From Eledone cirrhosa (Eukaryota): 64,000 nucleotides of DNA. Positions 34,431-49,400 of the stretch are shown piece by piece. Under the pieces are notes generated by a model. The model was not told where the DNA came from, did not search any database, and saw only the letters and a program-made list of their open reading frames with translations. The stretch spans positions 50,096,001 to 50,160,000 of the forward strand of contig OZ024741.1 in the NCBI GenBank assembly GCA_964016885.1. The letters are read 5' to 3'. Position 1 is the first letter of the stretch. The number at the start of each line of letters is the position of its first letter. The translations under genes and the position numbers were made by a program.

Positions 34431-37400
34431 AAGGACTGTGTGTATAGAGAACTGTGTGTATATAGAGGACTGTGTATATATAGAGGACTGTGTATATATA
34501 GAGGACTGTGTGTATATAGAGGACTGTGTATATAGAGGACTGTGTATAAAGAGGACTGTGTATATATAGAGGACTGTATATATATAGAGGACTGTATATA
34601 TATAGGACTGTGTATATATAGAGGACTGTGTATATATAGAGGACTATGTATATAGAGGACTGTGTATATATAGAGGACTGTGTATATATAGAGGACTGTG
34701 TATATAGAGGACTGTGTGTATATAGAGGACTGTGTGTATATAGAGGACTGTGTATATACAGAGGACTGTGTATATATAGAGGACTGTGTATATATAGAGG
34801 ACTGTGTATATATAGGGACTGTGTGTATATAGAGGACTGTGTATATATAGAGGACTGTGTATATAAAGGACTGTATATATAGAGGACTGTGTATATATAG
34901 AGGACTGTGTATATAGAGGACTGTGTATATAGAGGACTGTGTGTATAGAGGACTGTGTATATATAGAGGACTGTGTATATATAGAGGACTGTGTATATAT
35001 AGAGGACTGGGAATATATAGGACTGTATATATAGAGGACTGTGTATATATAGAGGACTGTGTATATATAGAGGACTGTGTATATATGAGGACTGTGTATA
35101 TAGAGGACTGTGTATATATAGAGGACTGTGTGTATATATAGAGGACTGTGTATATAGAGGACTGTGTGTATATATAGAGGACTGTGTGTGTATATATAGA
35201 GGACTGTGTATATATAGAGGACTGTGTATATAGAGGACTGTGTATATATAGAGGACTGTGTATATATAGAGGACTGTGTATATATAGAGGACTGTGTATA
35301 TATAGAGGACTGTGTATATATAGAGGACTGTGTATATATAGAGGACTGTGTATATAGAGGACTGTGTATATAGAAGACTGTATATATAGAGGACTGTGTA
35401 TATATAGAGGATTCTGTATATATAGAGGACTGTATATATAGAGGACTGTGTGTATAGAGGACTGTGTATATAGACGACTGTGTATATAGACGACTGTGTA
35501 TATATAAAGGACTGTGTATATATAGAGGACTGTGTGTATAGAGGACTGTGTATATATATATAGGACAGTGTATATATAGAGGACTGTATATATAGAGGAC
35601 TGTGTGTAAGGAGGACTGTGTATATATAGAGGACTGTGTATATATATAGAGGACTGTGTATATATAGAGGACTGTGTGTATAGAGGACTGTGTGTACAGA
35701 GGACTGTGTATATATATAGAGGACTGTGTATATATGAGGACTGTGTATATATAGAGGACTGTGTATATAGAGGACTGTGTATATATAGAGGACTGTGTGT
35801 ATATATAGAGGACTGTGTATATAGAGGACTGTGGGTATATATAGAGGACTGTGTATATATGAGGACTGTGTATATATAGAGGACTGTGTGTATATATAGA
35901 GGACTGTGTATATAGAGGACTGTGTATATATAGAGGATTGTGTATATATAGAGGACTGTGTATATATAGAGGACTGTGTATATATAGAGGACTGTGTATA
36001 TATGAGGACTGTGTATATATAGAGGACTGTGTGTATATATAGAGGACTGTGTGTATATATAGAGGACTGTGTATATAGAGGACTGTGTATATATAGAGGA
36101 CTGTATATATAGAGGACTGTATATATAGAGGACTGTGTATATATAGAGGACTGTGCATATAAGAGGACTGTGTGTATATATAGAGGACTGTGTATATAAA
36201 GGACTGTGTATATAGAAGACTGTGTATATAGAGGACTGTGTATATAGAGGACTGTGTATATATAGAGGACTGGGTATATATAGAGGACTGTGTATATATA
36301 GAGGACTGTGTATATAGAAGACTGTGTATATAGAGGACTGTGTATATATAGAGGATTGTGTATATATAGAGGACTGTGTGTATAGAGGACTGTGTATATA
36401 GTGGACTGTGAATATAGAGGACTGTGTATATAGAGGATTGTATATGTAGAGGACTGTATATATAGAGGACTGTGTGTATATATAGAGGACTGTATATATA
36501 GAGGACTGTGTATATATAGAGGACTGTGCATATAAGAGGACTGTGTGTATATATAGAGGACTGTGTATATAAAGGACTGTGTATATAGAAGACTGTGTAT
36601 ATAGAGGACTGTGTATATAGAGGACTGGGTATATATAGAGGACTGTGTATATATAGAGGACTGTGTATATAGAAGACTGTGTATATAGAGGACTGTGTAT
36701 ATATAGAGGATTGTGTATATATAGAGGACTGTGTGTATAGAGGACTGTGTATATAGTGGACTGTGAATATAGAGGACTGTGTATATAGAGGATTGTATAT
36801 GTAGAGGACTGTATATATAGAGGACTGTGTGTATATATAGAGGACTGTGTATATATAGAGGACTGTGTGTATATATAGAGGACTGTGTGTATATGAGGAC
36901 TGTGTATATATAGAGGACTGTGTGTATATAGAGGACTGTGTATATAGAGGACTGTATATATAGAGGACTGTATATATAGAGGACTGTATATATAGAGGAC
37001 TGTGTATATATAAAGGACTGTGTATATAAAGGACTGTGTATATAGAGGACTGTCTATATATATAGAGGACTGTGTATATATAAAGGACTGTGTATATAGA
37101 GGACTGTGTATATAAAGGACTATATATAGAGGACTGTATATATAGAGGACCGTGTATATATAAAGGACTGTGTATATAGAGGACTGTGTATATAGAGGAC
37201 TGTGTATATATAGAGGACTGTGTATATATGAGGAATGTGTATATATAGAGGACTGTGTGTATATAGACGACTGTGTGTATACATAGAGGACTGTGTATAT
37301 ATAGAGGACTGTGTATATATAGAGGACTGTGTGTATATACATAGAGGACTGTGTATATAGAGGACTGTGTGTGTATATATAGAGGACTGTGTGTATATAT

Positions 37401-40400
37401 AGAGGACTGTGTATATATAGAGAACTGTGTATATATAGAGGACGGTGTATATATATAGAGGACTGTGTATATATAGAGAACTGTGTGTATATAGAGGACT
37501 GTGTGTATATATAGAGGAATGTGTGTATATATAGAGGACTGTGTATATATAGAGGACTGTGTATATATAGAGGACTGTGTGTATAGAGGACTGTATATAT
37601 ATAGAGGACTGTGTATATATGAGGAATGTGTATATATAGAGGACTGTGTATATATAGAGGACTGTGTATATATAGAGAACGGTGTGTATATAGAGGACAT
37701 TGTGTATATATAGAGGACGGTGTGTGTATATATAGAGGACGGTGTGTGTATATATAGAGGACTGTGTATATATAGAGGACTGTGTGTATATATAGAGGAC
37801 TGTATATATAGAGGACTGTGTGTATATATAGCGGACTGTGTATATATAGAGGACTGTGTATATATAGAGGACTGTATATATATAGAGGACTGTGTGTATA
37901 TGAGGACTGTGTATATATAGAGGACTGTGTATATATAGAGGACTGTGTATATATAGAGGACTGTGTATATATAGAGGACTGTGTATATAGAGGACTGTGT
38001 ATATAGAAGACTGTGTATATAGAGGACTGTGTGTATATGAGGAATATGTATATATAGAGGCCTGTGTATATATAGAGGACTGTGTGTATAGAGGACTGTG
38101 TATATATAGAGGACTGTGTGTATATAGAGGACTGTGTGTATATATAGAGGACCGTGTATATATAGAGGACTGTGTATATATAGAGAACTGTGTATATATA
38201 GAGAACTGTGTATATAGAGTACTGTGTATATATAGAGGACTGTGTGTATATATATAGAGGACTGTGTATATAGAGGACTGTGTATATATAGAGGACTGTG
38301 TGTATATATAGAGGACTGTGTATATATAGAGAACTGTGTATATATACAGGACTGTGTATATATAGAGGACTGTGTATATAGAGGACTGTGTATATATAGA
38401 GAACTGTGTGTATATAGAGGACTGTGTGTGTATATATAGAGGACTGTGTATATATAGAGGACTGTGTATATATGAAGAATGTGTATATATAGAGGACTGT
38501 GTATATATAGAGGACTGTGTATATATAGGGGACTGTGTATATATAGAGGACTGTGTGTATAGAGGACTTTGTATATAGAGGACTGTGTGTATAGAGGTCT
38601 GTGTATATATATAGGACAGTGTATATATAGAGGACTGTATATATAGGGGACTGTATATATAGAGGACTGTGTATATATATAGAGGACTGTGTATATATAG
38701 AGGACTGTGTGCATAGAGGAATGTGTATATATGAGGACTGTGTATATATAGAGGACTGTGTATATATAGAGGACTGTCTATATAGAGGACTGTGTATATA
38801 GAAAACTGTGTATATAGAGGACTGTATATATAGAGGATCGTGTATATATAGAGGACTGTGTGTATAGAGGACTGTGTATATAGTGGACTGTGTATATAGA
38901 GGACTGTGTATATAGAGGACTGTATATGTAGATGACTGTATATATAGAGGACTGTGTGTATATATAGAGGAATGTGTATATATAGAGGACTGTGTGTATA
39001 TATAGAGGACTGTGTGTATATGAGGACTGTGTATATATAGAAGACTGTGTATATATAAAGGACTGTGTATATAGAGGACTGTGTATATAGAGGACTGTGT
39101 ATATAAAGGACTATATATAGAGGACTGTATATATAGAGGACTGTGTATATAGAGGACTGTGTGTATATAGAGGACTGTGTATATAGAGGACTGTGTATAT
39201 ATAGAGGACTGTGTATATATAGAGGACTGTGTATATATAGAAGACTGTGTATATATAGAGGACATTGTGTATATAGAGGACTGTGTGTATATAGAGGACT
39301 GTGTGTATATAGAGGACTGTGTATATATGGAGGACTGTGTATATATAGAGGACTGTGTATATATAGAGGACTGTGTATATAAAGGACTGTGTATATATAG
39401 AGGACTGTGTATATAGAGGACCGTGTGTATAGAGGGCTGTGTATATAGAGGTCTGTGTATATATATAGGACAGTGTATATATAGAGGACTGTATACATAG
39501 GGGACTGTATATATAGAGGACTGTGTATATAGAGGACTGTGTATATATATAGAGGACTGTGTATATATAGAGGACTGTGTATATATAGAGGACTGTGTGC
39601 ATAGAGGAATGTGTATATATGAGGACTGTGTATATATAGAGGACTGTGTATATAGAGGACTGTGTATATATAGAGGACTGTGTATATATAGAGGACTGTG
39701 TGTATATATAGAGGACTGTGTGTATATATAGAGGACTGTGTATATATAGAGGACTGTGTATATATAGAGGACTGTGTATATATAGAGGACTGTGTATATA
39801 TAGAGGACTGTGTATATATGAGGACTGTGTATATAGAGGACTGTGTATATATAGAGGACTGTGTATATATAGAGGACTGTGTATATAGAGGACTGTGTAT
39901 ATATAGAGGACTGTGTATATATATAGAGGACTGTGTATATATATAGGGGACTGTGTATATATAGAGGACTGTGTTTATAGAGGACTGTGTATATAGAGGA
40001 CTGTGTATATAGAAGACTGTATATATAGAGGACTGTGTATATATAGAGGATTCTGTATATATAGGGGACTGTGTATATATAGAGGACTGTGTGTATAGAG
40101 GACTGTGTATATAGAGGACTGTGTATATAGACGACTGTGTATATATAAAGGACTGTGTATGTATAGAGGACTGTGTGTATAGAGGACTGTGTATATATAT
40201 AGGACAGTGTATATATAGAGGACTGTATATATAGAGGACTGTGTGTATAGAGGACTGTGTATATATAGAGGACTGTGTATATATATAGAGGACTGTGTAT
40301 ATAGAGGACTGTGTATATATATAGAGGACTGTGTATATATAGAGGACTGTGTATATATAGAGGACTGTGTGTATAGAGGACTGTATATATAGAGGACTGT

Positions 40401-43400
40401 GTGTATATATAGAGGACTGTGTATATAGAGGACTGTGGGTATATATAGAGGACTGTGTATATATAGAGGACTGTGTATATATGAGGACTGTGTATATATA
40501 GAGGACTGTGTATATAGAGGACTGTGGGTATATATAGAGGACTGTGGGTATATATAGAGGACTGTGTATATATAGAGGACTGTGTATATATAGAGGACTG
40601 TGTATATATAGAGGACTGTGTATATATAGAGGACTGTGTATATAGAGGACTGTGTATATAGAAGACTGTATATATAGAGGACTGTGTATATAGAGGACTG
40701 TGTATATAGAGGACTGTGTATATATAGAGGATTGTGTATATATAGAGGACTGTGTATATATAGAGGACTGTGTATATATATAGAGGACTGTGTATATATG
40801 AGGACTGTGTATATATGAGGACTGTGTATATATAGAGGACTGTGTGTATATATAGAGGACTGTGTATATATAGAGGACTGTGTGTATATATAGAGGACTG
40901 TGTATATAGAGCACTGTGTATATAGAGGACTGTGTATATATAGAGGACTGTATATATAGAGGACTGTATATATAGAGGACTGTGTATATATAGAGGACTG
41001 TGCATATATAGAGGACTGTGTGTATATATAGAGGACTGTGTATATAGAGGACTGTGTATATAGAAGACTGTGTATATAGAGGACTGTGTATATATAGAGG
41101 ACTGTGTATATATAGAGGACTGTGTATATATAGAGGACTGTGTATATATAGAGGACTGTCTATATAGAGGACTGTGTATATAGAAGACTGTGTATATAGA
41201 GGACTGTATATATAGAGGATTGTGTATATATAGAGGACTGTGTGTATATGTAGAGGACTGTATATATAGAGGACTGTGTGTATATATAGAGGACTGTGTA
41301 TATATAGAGGACTGTGTGTATATATAGAGGACTGTGTGTATAGAGGACTGTGTGTATATGAGGACTGTGTATATATAAAGGACTGTGTATATAGAGGACT
41401 GTGTATATAGAGGACTGTGTATATAAAGGACTATATATAGAGGACTGTATATATAGAGGATCGTGTATATATAAAGGACTGTGTATATAGAGGACTGTGT
41501 ATATAGAGGACTGTGTATATATAGAGGACTGTGTATATATGAGGAATGTGTATATATAGAGGACTGTGTGTATATAGACGACTGTGTGTATACATAGAGG
41601 ACTGTGTATATATAGAGGACTGTGTATATAGAGGACTGTCTATATATAGAGGACTGTGTGTATATACATAGAGGACTGTGTATATATATAGAGGACTGTG
41701 TATATATAGAGAACTGTGTATATATAGAGGACGGTGTATATATAGAGGACTGTGTATATAGAGGACTGTGTATATATAGAGAACTGTGTGTATATAGAGG
41801 ACTGTGTGTGTATATATAGAGGAATGTGTGTATATATAGAGGACTGTGTATATATAGAGGACTGTGTGTATAGAGGACTTTGTATATAGAGGACTGTGTA
41901 TATAGAGGACTGTGTATATAGAGGATTGTATATGTAGAGGACTGTATATATAGAGGACTGTGTGTATATATATAGAGGACTGTGTATATATAGAGGACTG
42001 TGTGTATATATAGAGGACTGTGTATATAGAGCACTGTGTATATAGAGGACTGTGTATATATAGAGGACTGTATATATAGAGGACTGTATATATAGAGGAC
42101 CGTATATATAGAGGACTGTGTATATATAGAGGACTGTGTATATATAGAGGACTGTGCATATATAGAGGACTGTGTGTATATATAGAGGACTGTGTATATA
42201 GAGGACTGTGTATATAGAAGACTGTGTATATAGAGGACTGTGTATATATAGAGGACTGTGTATATATAGAGGACTGTATATATAGAGGACCGTGTATATA
42301 TAAAGGACTGTGTATATAGAGGACTGTGTATATATAGAGGACTGTGTATATATGAGGAATGTGTATATATAGAGGACTGTGTGTATATAGACGACTGTGT
42401 GTATACATAGAGGACTGTGTATATATAGAGGACTGTGTATATAGAGGACTGTCTATATATAGAGGACTGTGTGTATATACATAGAGGACTGTGTATATAG
42501 AGGACTGTGTGTGTATATATAGAGGACTGTGTGTATATATAGAGGACTGTGTATATATAGAGAACTGTGTATATATAGAGGACGGTGTATATATAGAGGA
42601 CTGTGTATATAGAGGACTGTGTATATATAGAGAACTGTGTGTATATAGAGGACTGTGTGTGTATATATAGAGGAATGTGTGTATATATAGAGGACTGTGT
42701 ATATATAGAGGACTGTGTGTATAGAGGACTGTGTATATATAGAAAACTGTGTATATATGAGGAATGTGTATATATAGAGGACTGTATATATAGAGGACTG
42801 TATATATAGAGGACTGAGTATATATAGAGGACTGTGTATATATAGAGGACTGTGTATATATAGAGGACGGTGTGTATATAGAGGACGGTGTGTATATAGA
42901 GGACATTGTGTATATATAGAGGACGGTGTGTGTATATATAGAGGACTGTGTATATATAGAGGACTGTGTGTATATATAGCGGACTGTGTATATATAGAGG
43001 ACTGTGTATATATAGAGGACTGTGTATATATAGAGGACTGTGTATATATAGAGGACTGTGTGTATATGAGGACTGTGTATATATGAGGAATGTGTATATA
43101 TAGAGGACTGTGTATATATAGAGGACTGTGCATATATAGAGGACTGTGTATATAGAGGACTGTGTATATAGAAGACTGTGTATATATAGAGGACTGTGTA
43201 TATATAGAGGATTGTGTATATATAGAGGATTGTGTATATATAGAGGACTGTGTGTATAGAGACCTGTGTATATAGTGGACTGTGTATATAGAGGACTGTG
43301 TATATAGAGGATTGTATATGTAGAGGATTGTATATGTAGAGGACTGTGTGTATATATAGAGGACTGTGTATATATAGAGAACTGTGTATATATAGAGGAC

Positions 43401-46400
43401 TGTGTATATATAGAGGACTGTGTATATAGAGGACTATGTATATATAGAGAACTGTGTATATATAGAGGACTGTGTATATAGAGAACTGTGTATATATAGA
43501 GGAATGTGTGTATATATAGAGGACTGTGTATATATAGAGGACTGTGTATATATAGAGGACTGTGTGTATATGAGGACTGTGTATATATAGAGGACTGTGT
43601 GTATATAGAGGACTGTGTGTATATAGAGGACTGTGTATATAGAGGACTGTGTATATAGAGGACTGTGTATATAGAGGACTGTGTATATAGAGGACCGTGT
43701 GTATATAGAGGACTGTGTATATATAGAGGACTGTGTATATATGAGGAATGTGTATATATAGAGGCCTCTGTATATATAGAGGACTGTGTGTATAGAGGAC
43801 TGTGTATATATAGAGGACTGTGTGTATATATAGAGGACCGTGTATATATAGAGGACTGTGTATATATAGAGGACTGTGTATATATAGAGGACTGTGTATA
43901 TAGAGGACTGTGTATATATAGAGGACTGTGTGTATATATATAGAGGACTGTGTATATAGAGGACTGTGTGTGTATATATAGAGGACTGTGTGTATATATA
44001 GAGGACTGTGTATATATAGAGAACTGTGTATATATAGAGGACTGTGTATATATAGAGGACTGTGTATATAGAGGACTGTGTATATATAGAGAACTTTGTG
44101 TATATAGAGGACTGTGTGTATATATAGAGGACTGTGTATATATAGAGGACTGTGTATATATAGAGGACTGTGTGTATAGAGGACTGTGTATATATAGAGG
44201 ACTGTGTATGTATGAAGAATGTGTATATATAGAGGAGTGTATATATAGAGGACTGTGTATATATAGAGGACTGTGTATATATAGAGGACTGTGTATATAT
44301 AGAGGACTGTGTATATATAGAGGACTGTGTGTATATAGAGGACTGTGTATATAGAGGAGTGTGTATATAAAGGACTATATATAGAGGACTGTGTATATAG
44401 AGGACTGTGTGTATATAGAGGACTGTGTATATAGAGGACATTGTGTATATAGAGGACTGTGTGTATAGAGGACTGTGTATATAGAGGTCTGTGTATATAT
44501 ATATAGGACAGTGTATATATAGAGGACTGTATATATAGGGGACTGTATATATAGAGGACTGTGTATATATAGAGGACTGTGTGCATAGAAGACTGTGTAT
44601 ATATGAGGACTGTGTATATATTGAGGACTGTGTATATATTGAGGACTGTGTATATAGAGGACTGTGTATATATAAAGGACTGTGTATATATAGAGGACTG
44701 TGTGTATATATAGAGGACTGTGTGTATATATAGAGGACTGTGTATATATAGAGGACTGTGTATATATAGAGGACTGTGTGTATATATAGAGGACTGTGTA
44801 TATAGAGGACTGTGTATATATAGAGGATTGTATATATATATAGAGGATTGTGTATATATAGAGGACTGTGTGTATAGAGGACTGTGTATATAGAGGATTG
44901 TATTTGTAGAGGACTGTATATATAGAGGACTGTGTGTATATATAGAGGACGGTGTGTATATAGAGGACGGTGTGTATAGAGGACTGTGTATATAGAGGAC
45001 GGTGTGTGTGTGTGTATAGAGGACTGTGTGTATATATAGAGGACTGTGTGTATATAGAGGACTGTGTATATAGAGGACTGTGTATATAGAGGACTGTGTA
45101 TATAGAGGACGGTGTGTGTGTATATATAGAGGACTGTGTATATATAGAGGACTGTGTATATATAGAGGACTGTGTATATATAGAGGACAGTGTATATATA
45201 GAAGACAGTGTATATATAGAGGACAGTGTATATATAGAGGACTGTGTGTATAGAGGACTGTGTATATAGAGGACTGTGTATATAGAGGACGGTGTGTGTG
45301 TATATATAGAGGACTGTGTGTATATATAGAGGACTGTGTGTATATATAGAGGACTGTGTGTATATAGAGGACTGTGTATATAGAGGACTGTGTATATAGA
45401 GGACTGTGTATATAGAGGACTGTGTATATATAGAGGACTGTATATATAGAGGACTGTATATATATAAAGGACTGTGTGTATATAGAGGACTGTGTATATA
45501 TAGAGGACTGTATATATAGAGGACTGTGTATATAGAGGACTGTGTATATAGAGGACTGTGTATATAGAGGACTGTGTATATAAAGGACTGTGTATATATA
45601 GAGGACTGTGTATATAGAAGACTGTGTATATAGAGGACTGTGTGTATATAGAGGACTGTGTATATATAGAGGACTGTGTATATATAGAGGACTGTGTATA
45701 TATAGAGGACTGTGTGTATAGAGGACTGTGTATATATAGAGGACTGTGTGTATAAAGAGGACTGTGTGTATATATAGAGGACTGTGTATATATAGAGGAC
45801 TGTGTATATAGAGGACTGTGTATATATAGACTGTGTGTATATATATAGAGGACTGTGTATATAGAGGACTGTGTGTATATATAGAGGACTGTGTGTATAT
45901 ATAGAGGACTGTGTATATATAGAGGACTGTGTATATATAGAGGACTGTGTATATATAGAGGACAGTGTATATATAGAGGACAGTGTATATATAGAGGACT
46001 GTGTGTATAGAGGACTGTGTATATAGAGGACTGTGTATATAGAGGACTGTGTATATAGAGGACGGTGTGTGTGTATATATAGAGGACTGTGTGTATATAG
46101 AGGACTGTGTATATATAGAGGACTGTGTATATATAGAGGACTGTGTGTATAGAGGACTGTGTATATATAGAGGACTGTGTGTATAAAGAGGACTGTGTGT
46201 ATATATAGAGAACTGTGTGTATATAGAGGACTGTGTGTGTATATATAGAGGAATGTGTGTATATATAGAGGACTGTGTATATATAGAGGACTGTGTGTAT
46301 AGAGGACTGTGTATATATAGAAAACTGTGTATATATGAGGAATGTGTATATATAGAGGACTGTATATATAGAGGACTGTATATATAGAGGACTGAGTATA

Positions 46401-49400
46401 TATAGAGGACTGTGTATATATAGAGGACTGTGTATATATAGAGGACGGTGTGTATATAGAGGACGGTGTGTATATAGAGGACATTGTGTATATATAGAGG
46501 ACGGTGTGTGTATATATAGAGAACTGTGTATATATAGAGGACTGTGTGTATATATAGCGGACTGTGTATATATAGAGGACTGTGTATATATAGAGGACTG
46601 TGTATATATAGAGGACTGTGTATATATAGAGGACTGTGTGTATATGAGGACTGTGTATATATGAGGAATGTGTATATATAGAGGACTGTGTATATATAGA
46701 GGACTGTGCATATATAGAGGACTGTGTATATAGAGGACTGTGTATATAGAAGACTGTGTATATATAGAGGACTGTGTATATATAGAGGATTGTGTATATA
46801 TAGAGGACTGTGTGTATAGAGACCTGTGTATATAGTGGACTGTGTATATAGAGGACTGTGTATATAGAGGATTGTATATGTAGAGGATTGTATATGTAGA
46901 GGACTGTGTGTATATATAGAGGACTGTGTATATATAGAGAACTGTGTATATATAGAGGACTGTGTATATAGAGGACTATGTATATATAGAGAACTGTGTA
47001 TATATAGAGGACTGTGTATATAGAGAACTGTGTATATATAGAGGAATGTGTGTATATATAGAGGACTGTGTATATATAGAGGACTGTGTATATATAGAGG
47101 ACTGTGTGTATATGAGGACTGTGTATATATAGAGGACTGTGTGTATATAGAGGACTGTGTATATAGAGGACTGTGTATATAGAGGACTGTGTATATAGAG
47201 GACTGTGTATATAGAGGACCGTGTGTATATAGAGGACCGTGTATATATAGAGGACTGTGTATATATGAGGAATGTGTATATATAGAGGCCTCTGTATATA
47301 TAGAGGACTGTGTGTATAGAGGACTGTGTATATATAGAGGACTGTGTGTATATATAGAGGACCGTGTATATATAGAGGACTGTGTATATATAGAGGACTG
47401 TGTATATATAGAGGACTGTGTATATAGAGGACTGTGTATATATAGAGGACTGTGTGTATATATATAGAGGACTGTGTATATAGAGGACTGTGTGTGTATA
47501 TATAGAGGACTGTGTGTATATATAGAGGACTGTGTGTATATATAGAGGACTGTGTATATATAGAGAACTGTGTATATATAGAGGACTGTGTATATATAGA
47601 GGACTGTGTATATAGAGGACTGTGTATATATAGAGAACTTTGTGTATATAGAGGACTGTGTGTATATATAGAGGACTGTGTATATATAGAGGACTGTGTA
47701 TATATAGAGGACTGTGTGTATAGAGGACTGTGTATATATAGAGGACTGTGTATGTATGAAGAATGTGTATATATAGAGGAGTGTATATATAGAGGACTGT
47801 GTATATATAGAGGACTGTGTATATATAGAGGACTGTGTATATATAGAGGACTGTGTATATATAGAGGACTGTGTGTATATAGAGGACTGTGTATATAGAG
47901 GAGTGTGTATATAAAGGACTATATATAGAGGACTGTGTATATAGAGGACTGTGTGTATATAGAGGACTGTGTATATAGAGGACATTGTGTATATAGAGGA
48001 CTGTGTGTATAGAGGACTGTGTATATAGAGGTCTGTGTATATATATATAGGACAGTGTATATATAGAGGACTGTATATATAGGGCACTGTATATATAGAG
48101 GACTGTGTATATATAGAGGACTGTGTGCATAGAAGACTGTGTATATATGAGGACTGTGTATATATTGAGGACTGTGTATATATTGAGGACTGTGTATATA
48201 GAGGACTGTGTATATATAAAGGACTGTGTATATATAGAGGACTGTGTGTATATATAGAGGACTGTGTGTATATATAGAGGACTGTGTATATATAGAGGAC
48301 TGTGTATATATAGAGGACTGTGTGTATATATAGAGGACTGTGTATATAGAGGACTGTGTATATATAGAGGATTGTATATATATATAGAGGATTGTGTATA
48401 TATAGAGGACTGTGTGTATAGAGGACTGTGTATATAGAGGATTGTATATGTAGAGGACTGTATATATAGAGGACTGTGTGTATATATAGAGGACGGTGTG
48501 TATATAGAGGACGGTGTGTATAGAGGACTGTGTATATAGAGGACGGTGTGTGTGTGTGTATAGAGGACTGTGTGTATATATAGAGGACTGTGTGTATATA
48601 GAGGACTGTGTATATAGAGGACTGTGTATATAGAGGACGGTGTGTGTGTATATATAGAGGACTGTGTATATATAGAGGACTGCGTATATATAGAGGACTG
48701 TATATATAGAGGACAGTGTATATATAGAAGACAGTGTATATATAGAGGACAGTGTATATATAGAGGACAGTGTATATATAGAGGACTGTGTGTATAGAGG
48801 ACTGTGTATATAGAGGACTGTGTATATAGAGGACGGTGTGTGTGTATATATAGAGGACTGTGTGTATATATAGAGGACTGTGTGTATATATAGAGGACTG
48901 TGTGTATATAGAGGACTGTGTATATAGAGGACTGTGTATATAGAGGACTGTGTATATAGAGGACTGTGTATATATAGAGGACTGTATATATAGAGGACTG
49001 TATATATATAAAGGACTGTGTGTATATAGAGGACTGTGTATATATAGAGGACTGTATATATAGAGGACTGTGTATATAGAGGACTGTGTATATAGAGGAC
49101 TGTGTATATAGAGGACTGTGTATATAAAGGACTGTGTATATATAGAGGACTGTGTATATAGAAGACTGTGTATATAGAGGACTGTGTGTATATAGAGGAC
49201 TGTGTATATATAGAGGACTGTGTATATATAGAGGACTGTGTATATATAGAGGACTGTGTGTATAGAGGACTGTGTATATATAGAGGACTGTGTGTATAAA
49301 GAGGACTGTGTGTATATATAGAGGACTGTGTATATATAGAGGACTGTGTATATAGAGGACTGTGTATATATAGACTGTGTGTATATATATAGAGGACTGT

